From Octopus vulgaris (Eukaryota): a DNA stretch of 64,000 nucleotides. The position numbers and the translations under genes were made by a program. The DNA lies in assembly GCA_951406725.2 (NCBI GenBank), contig OX597828.1:29078001-29142000 (forward strand), in the 5' to 3' direction. This document shows positions 57,781 to 64,000 of the stretch, in pieces. Within the stretch, counting starts at the first letter, position 1. Each line of letters starts with the position of its first letter. The notes under the pieces were generated by a model. It saw nothing but the letters and a program-made list of their open reading frames with translations. It had not been told where the DNA came from and did no database searches.

Positions 57781-59400
57781 TTTTTCAAAGAGCAGGGTCT
57801 TTAATATATAACTCACAAATCACGCATCTTGTTCCTTTCTGAGATACAAATTTCTAAACTCTTATCTCTCGCCTATTTCTGTTGTCTTGGCAACACAATA
57901 CTACAGTTTTACTCTGAAAAGTGGTACTCCTCCACTCACCCTTCGAACAAAGACTTCCCAGTTATTCAGATACAAAATCTCTTTTCCTCAATTCTCGGAA
58001 TTCATCAGCCTGCTCTCTCCACCGTTCCCACCACTCCACCAAACACTTAAAATTGTTCAACTGTCTCAAGTATTTCATCAAGGTTATATTATTTCATATT
58101 ATTCATCGCTGATGTCGTTAACCTCAGTAACTTCAATACTCACAAATCTTTTTGGCTGTCGTATTCCGCCCTCGTTGATTCTGCTGGCGCAAACGCCAAA
58201 CCTTTTACCATCTTGAACTCTCTGCAATAGTATTACTATCCCCTACATGCAACAGAAGCAGTATCAGCCTTTTCGTGATGTGTCTGCATTAGATATGATA
58301 TACAGATGACTATTTTAATTTAGTATTGTTTCTGTTGTATATAACGGATTTTTATTCAGCATCTAAAATTCTCCCCGACACTCCTGAGCGGTTTTCGTTT
58401 GCTTAGGCCATGATTTTCAATATAGTTTCGCTTTTCAAAGAGCAGTGTCTTTAAGTAATAAACGACTCGCAAATCACTCATCTTCTTCCCTTCTGAGAGA
58501 CAAATTTCTAAACTTCTATCTCTCGCCTATTTCCGTTGTCTTGGTTACACTGGGCTACAGTTTTACTCTGAGAGGTACCCTGAGAAGATAAACAAACAAC
58601 ACAATAATAGATATTCCTAAATTAACCACACCTCCTAACTTTTTAAGAATTGAACGTAAAATAGCATAAGCAAACAAACAGTATCACTCAGGTTTAATAT
58701 GAATAGGAGTAACTAAAGGATTTGCAGGAATAAAATTCTTAGCATCCCCCAATATATTTGGAAATAACAAACTTAATTCAATTAACGCAAACACTATTAC
58801 AAGAAATCACAAAATATCTTTATAACACACATCCTTCTAACAAAAGCTTTACAGTTATTCAGACACAGACACCGTTTTCCTCAATTCTCTAAATTCATCT
58901 GTCTGGTGTGTCTAACGCTCCCGGAACTTCACCAAACACTAAAATGTGAGCTACTATCTCGAGTATTGCATCAACGATATATTATCTCGTATCATTCCTC
59001 TCAGATGTCATTGACCTCTAAAAATTATTTTGGCTGTCTCATTCCTCCCTCACTGATTCTAATGGCCCAGACGCCAAATTTTTGCCATCTTGAACTTTCT
59101 GAAATGCTACTACTATGTCGCTATTGCATCGAGGACACTTTATCTCATATTATTCCTCTCTGGTGTCATTAACCTCAGAGACTTCAATGCTGGCAAATCT
59201 TTTTTTGGCTGTTGTATTCTTCCTTCACTGATTTTTCTAGCACAGACGCCATCTTGAACTCTCTGCAATAATATTCTTATGCATTATATGAAACAGATGC
59301 TGTATTAGCCTTTTCACAATGTATCTGCATTAAGTATGATGCTCAAATAGCTAATTTAATCTAATGCTACTTCTGTTGCGTATGATGGATATTTAATTAG
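57781..59400 (+). mobile_element. Tandemly duplicated, highly decayed LINE APE-endonuclease region
   Basis: 57781-58370 and 58431-59400 are colinear diverged copies. Residual motifs LSEIQIS, HRS and INLRDFNA resemble APE (L.ET, YRSP, GDFN). Confidence 0.5.
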
Positions 59401-60860
59401 CTGGGCGGCTAATCGCAAAATCAGTGATGTTTCAGTCACTGTCTCCTTATATCAGTAGCGACGGATTTTGTCTTAGTATGAGATTGGCAGTGAAAGCATG
59501 CTACTGACAAAGCCCGGAAAGCAGAAAAGTATATCTAGCATTCACAGCGCCACTCTTAGATGATTTTCGTCTGCTTCTGATATGTCTTTTACGTTTTTAA
59601 ACACAGTACATCCATAAGGGATATCACCCTGGACAAATACTGCCATAAATTTGTCTTTTCACGATGTATTTGCATTAAGTATGATATACATATGACGTTA
59701 TTACAATCAATTCGTTTCTCTTACATTCAGATAACCTAAGCACTCCTAATCACTTTCTGATCCCGCTAATCCTAGCCTTTAACAGATTATCATCATTTCT
59801 GCATCTATCAGATCGTCTGTATGATCTCTGCTATACGAATACTACCCCCTACATAGCCACACATTGGTCAACTTCTCCCGAACCTTACGGTTCACTATCC
59901 GCAGGGAACTCCGCCAGTTTTACGCCAACTCTCACTGGCAATAAAATATACTTCCCCCTTGACCCATCTGAAACAAGGAAGCAGATAACCAAAGCCATCC
60001 TCTCGTACAATCAAAAGCCACAACCCCCAAACCACCAAGTGGTTTAGACGTAGTGGTGCTACCACAATACGGCCATATATCACCAAGTAAATCCTACTGA
60101 CCACGACCGAGAAAATAATTATTTCTTTACTACCAACAAGGGGCTAAACACAGAGGGGACAAACAAGGACAGATATCGACCCCAGTGCGTAACTGGTACT
60201 TAATTTATCGACCCCGAAAGGATGAAAGGCAAAGTCGACCTCGGCGGAATTTGAACTCAGAATGTAACAGCAGACGAAATACGGCTACGCATTTCGCCCG
60301 ACGTGCTAACGTTTCTGCCAGCTCGCCGCCTTGAAAATAACTTACACCTCTTACGGTAATTTCTTACGGCCGAGAAAATAATTTACACCTCTTACGGTCA
60401 TTTCTGTAAGACTATTGTCCGAAAAGACGATTAATCCTTTATGAGCCCCATAACTTTCCGGCTTTTTCATCTCACAAACTGCAGCTGGTTCTTCTGGTTC
60501 CTTGCCAAAATAATCTTGGTTAACTCAATGGAATTTACATTAATTCACCACACCTCAAACAAAATCTTTCTATATTTAGATGTACTGTAATGAAAACTTC
60601 TACGTTTGTTGTCCCTTTTTGCAGCCAATGCCACGTTGTATACATTTGATAAAACTTTTCTAAAAGGTTCGTTGACCGTTCTGTAGTCTTACCGCCATTA
60701 ACACAAATACACAACACAATTCTGACCGCTTCAGACAAAGGTCAGAAGATCAGACAGTTCAGACAATTTATGTTTCATTAACCTCAAATAATGCACCGAC
60801 GAGTTTAACACTATCCTCTGCAAACATTTCGCTATTATTATCTCTTTCTCTCCGACGTCT

Positions 60861-60901
<41 letters not shown>

Positions 60902-61006
60902 TGTGTATTTTTTCTTTTTATGTATTTCAGTGGGGTTTTTTATCTATCTTTTTTCGCATGTCTTGAACCAGTTCCTGAGGCAAACTGAGGTATGTCTGTG
61001 TGTGTG

Positions 61007-61057
<51 letters not shown>

Positions 61058-61563
61058 TTTGGTGTGTGTATGCTTGCAAGTTGAGTTTGCTCTCTCACCA
61101 ATGGTCTCTCAAACTCTCTCACCAATGGTCTCACAAACTCAAGAATTTACATTTGATAACAGCAAAAAACTAGAAATTAATTTTCCAGATTGTCTGGCAC
61201 ATGGATGTCTTAGTTAAGCTGTCGACCGATGGGCTTGGACCGTGTTTCGTCTTTTGGATTGGTATTTTCCAGCCGGATCCCTCCTCGTTAGCCTGTTGTT
61301 TTGGAGCTCTCTGGGAACTCCACTATATTAACTCTGGAGCAAGCAAAGTTCCGTAACATCTTCATACGCCTCCCTCTGAACATTGACGAACCAACCTATG
61401 ATATTTTTACTTCTAACAACATTCACTGCGATGCAGAAGGAAAGCATTCTTCGATTCTCCTTAACTTTTCGCGCAAGCGTTATCTGCATGTAACTTGGAC
61501 ACCAAACTCAAAGACTGCTTCACCTTCATAAAAACCCTATCTATCTATCTATCTATCTATCTG

Positions 61564-61618
<55 letters not shown>

Positions 61619-61699
61619 GTCTGTCTGTCTGTCTGTCTATTTATCTATATATATATCTGTCTGTCTGTCTATTGTTCTGTCTACCTATCTATCTGTCTG

Positions 61700-61745
<46 letters not shown>

Positions 61746-62769
61746 ATCTATCTATCTATCTATCTATAGACCTAGCTAGCTAGCAAGCTATATATCTAGC
61801 TATCTAGCTATCTAGCTAGCTAGCAAGCTATTTATCAAGCTATCTAGTTAGCTATCTACCACTGCTTTACGGCTATCTCTCACCCAATACATAAGTAGTC
61901 TAGATGATTCTACTGAGATTCTACAGTGATTAACAAATGACTGGTGTCGCGAATAGCCTGTAGGCTGAGTAAAAATACATTATTAGCAACGCTCAGCCAG
62001 CCCGATATTTACGGCACCATTGATTTATTAATCACTGTTTTTCTATATCAAAGAAAGCTATATTTCTCTAAGCGGTTGCTAGTGGACATTTGCTACCAAT
62101 GACGCTGCGGGAAGCAGAAATCAAGATTTAGCAGTTCCTCCGCCGCGGCTTCACACTTTTCATTTGCTTCTGTTCTTTTTAGCACTCTACATCTATAAGA
62201 GACGCAGTCTCAAAACCAATACCGTAGTTTCATGGCTTTCCTGCAGTATATCCACGTTAAGTAAGATGTACAGAATGCTATTTTGAACTAACTAAATAAA
62301 TATACGTACATGTGTATGTGTATATTATTAAATTCCTCTACAAGGATTTCGTGTTTGTTCTTGGGCAACATACCAAATTCTACGTCTTACTACACAAATG
62401 TTTATAAGGAAATAGATGTTGGATTTCTCTTCTGAGTTTGGATTATCTAAAGTGCTCTTTAATTCAATCGCTGCTGGATCACATCCGAATAATGGAGAAG
62501 AGATCAAATGCAATAATTTTTTCCCCCCTTTTTGAAACGAACCGTCTACAAGGAATTATCTCCCTTAGGCAACAAGTCGCCATGTGCCAATGTGTTGTGC
62601 TGAAAATTTGCTCAATAACAACAATCCAAGCTTAAATATATATGGCAGATGTGCATGGTATGTGTATGTATGCGCGCGCGTGCGTGTGTGTATGTGTGTG
62701 TGTGTGTGTTTGTGTGCATGAGTGTACATTCATGTATGTGTGCTTCGATAGATATTATTATTATTATTA

Positions 62770-63727
<958 letters not shown>

Positions 63728-64000
63728 TATAAGTTAGTAAAAAGAGAGTATATCTTCAAGACAGGGAGAGTGAGGGGGGTAGAAAAGTTTGTAATACTTC
63801 TATAAAATGAAGCTCGACATAAGAAAAAGTGATGACGAAAAGGAAGGAGGGGAGAGTAAGACTGGAAAGAAAAAGGAGAGTGAGAATGGAATGAAAGAAG
63901 AAGAAGAAGAAGAAGAAGAAGAAGAAGAAGAGGACGAAGAAGAAGGACGAAGAAGAAGAAGAAGAAGAAGAAGAAGAAGAAAAAGAAGAAGAGGACGAAG

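Overview
Eukaryotic, AT-rich, microsatellite-saturated genomic DNA. The three abundant tRNA-derived SINE families look like those of octopus, so a coleoid cephalopod source is likely (inferred from recall, not searched). Almost every ORF in the supplied track is a microsatellite artefact or a transposon remnant. The one host coding feature I can support is a 102-nt first coding exon on the minus strand (38893-38792, MAATVIHLQKGPGESWGFRLQGGLDFRQQLSIKK|gtaagt). It is the N-terminal part of a PDZ domain of the ALP/Enigma/Zasp (PDZ-LIM-type) family and is too short for the ORF track. Positions below 38792 appear to be intron (no second exon recognised) and positions above about 39800 are upstream region. 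Mobile DNA includes a young 5'-truncated L1/Tx1-clade LINE in (GATA)n, an R4/Dong-clade LINE in (TAA)n, Penelope-like elements next to (TA)n, RTE and CR1/L2 remnants, a decayed Chapaev-like transposase and several MITEs. Three observations stand out. (1) At least seven minimal type I hammerhead-ribozyme motifs occur, two of them in a tRNA-headed SINE-like element (Pol III head + (AAT)n + hammerhead). (2) The main SINE shares a 42-nt stem-loop 3' tail with the L1/Tx1 LINE. (3) SINE heads carry swapped tails, and long inverted repeats derive from Penelope-type terminal repeats. All calls are by eye and boundaries of decayed repeats are approximate.
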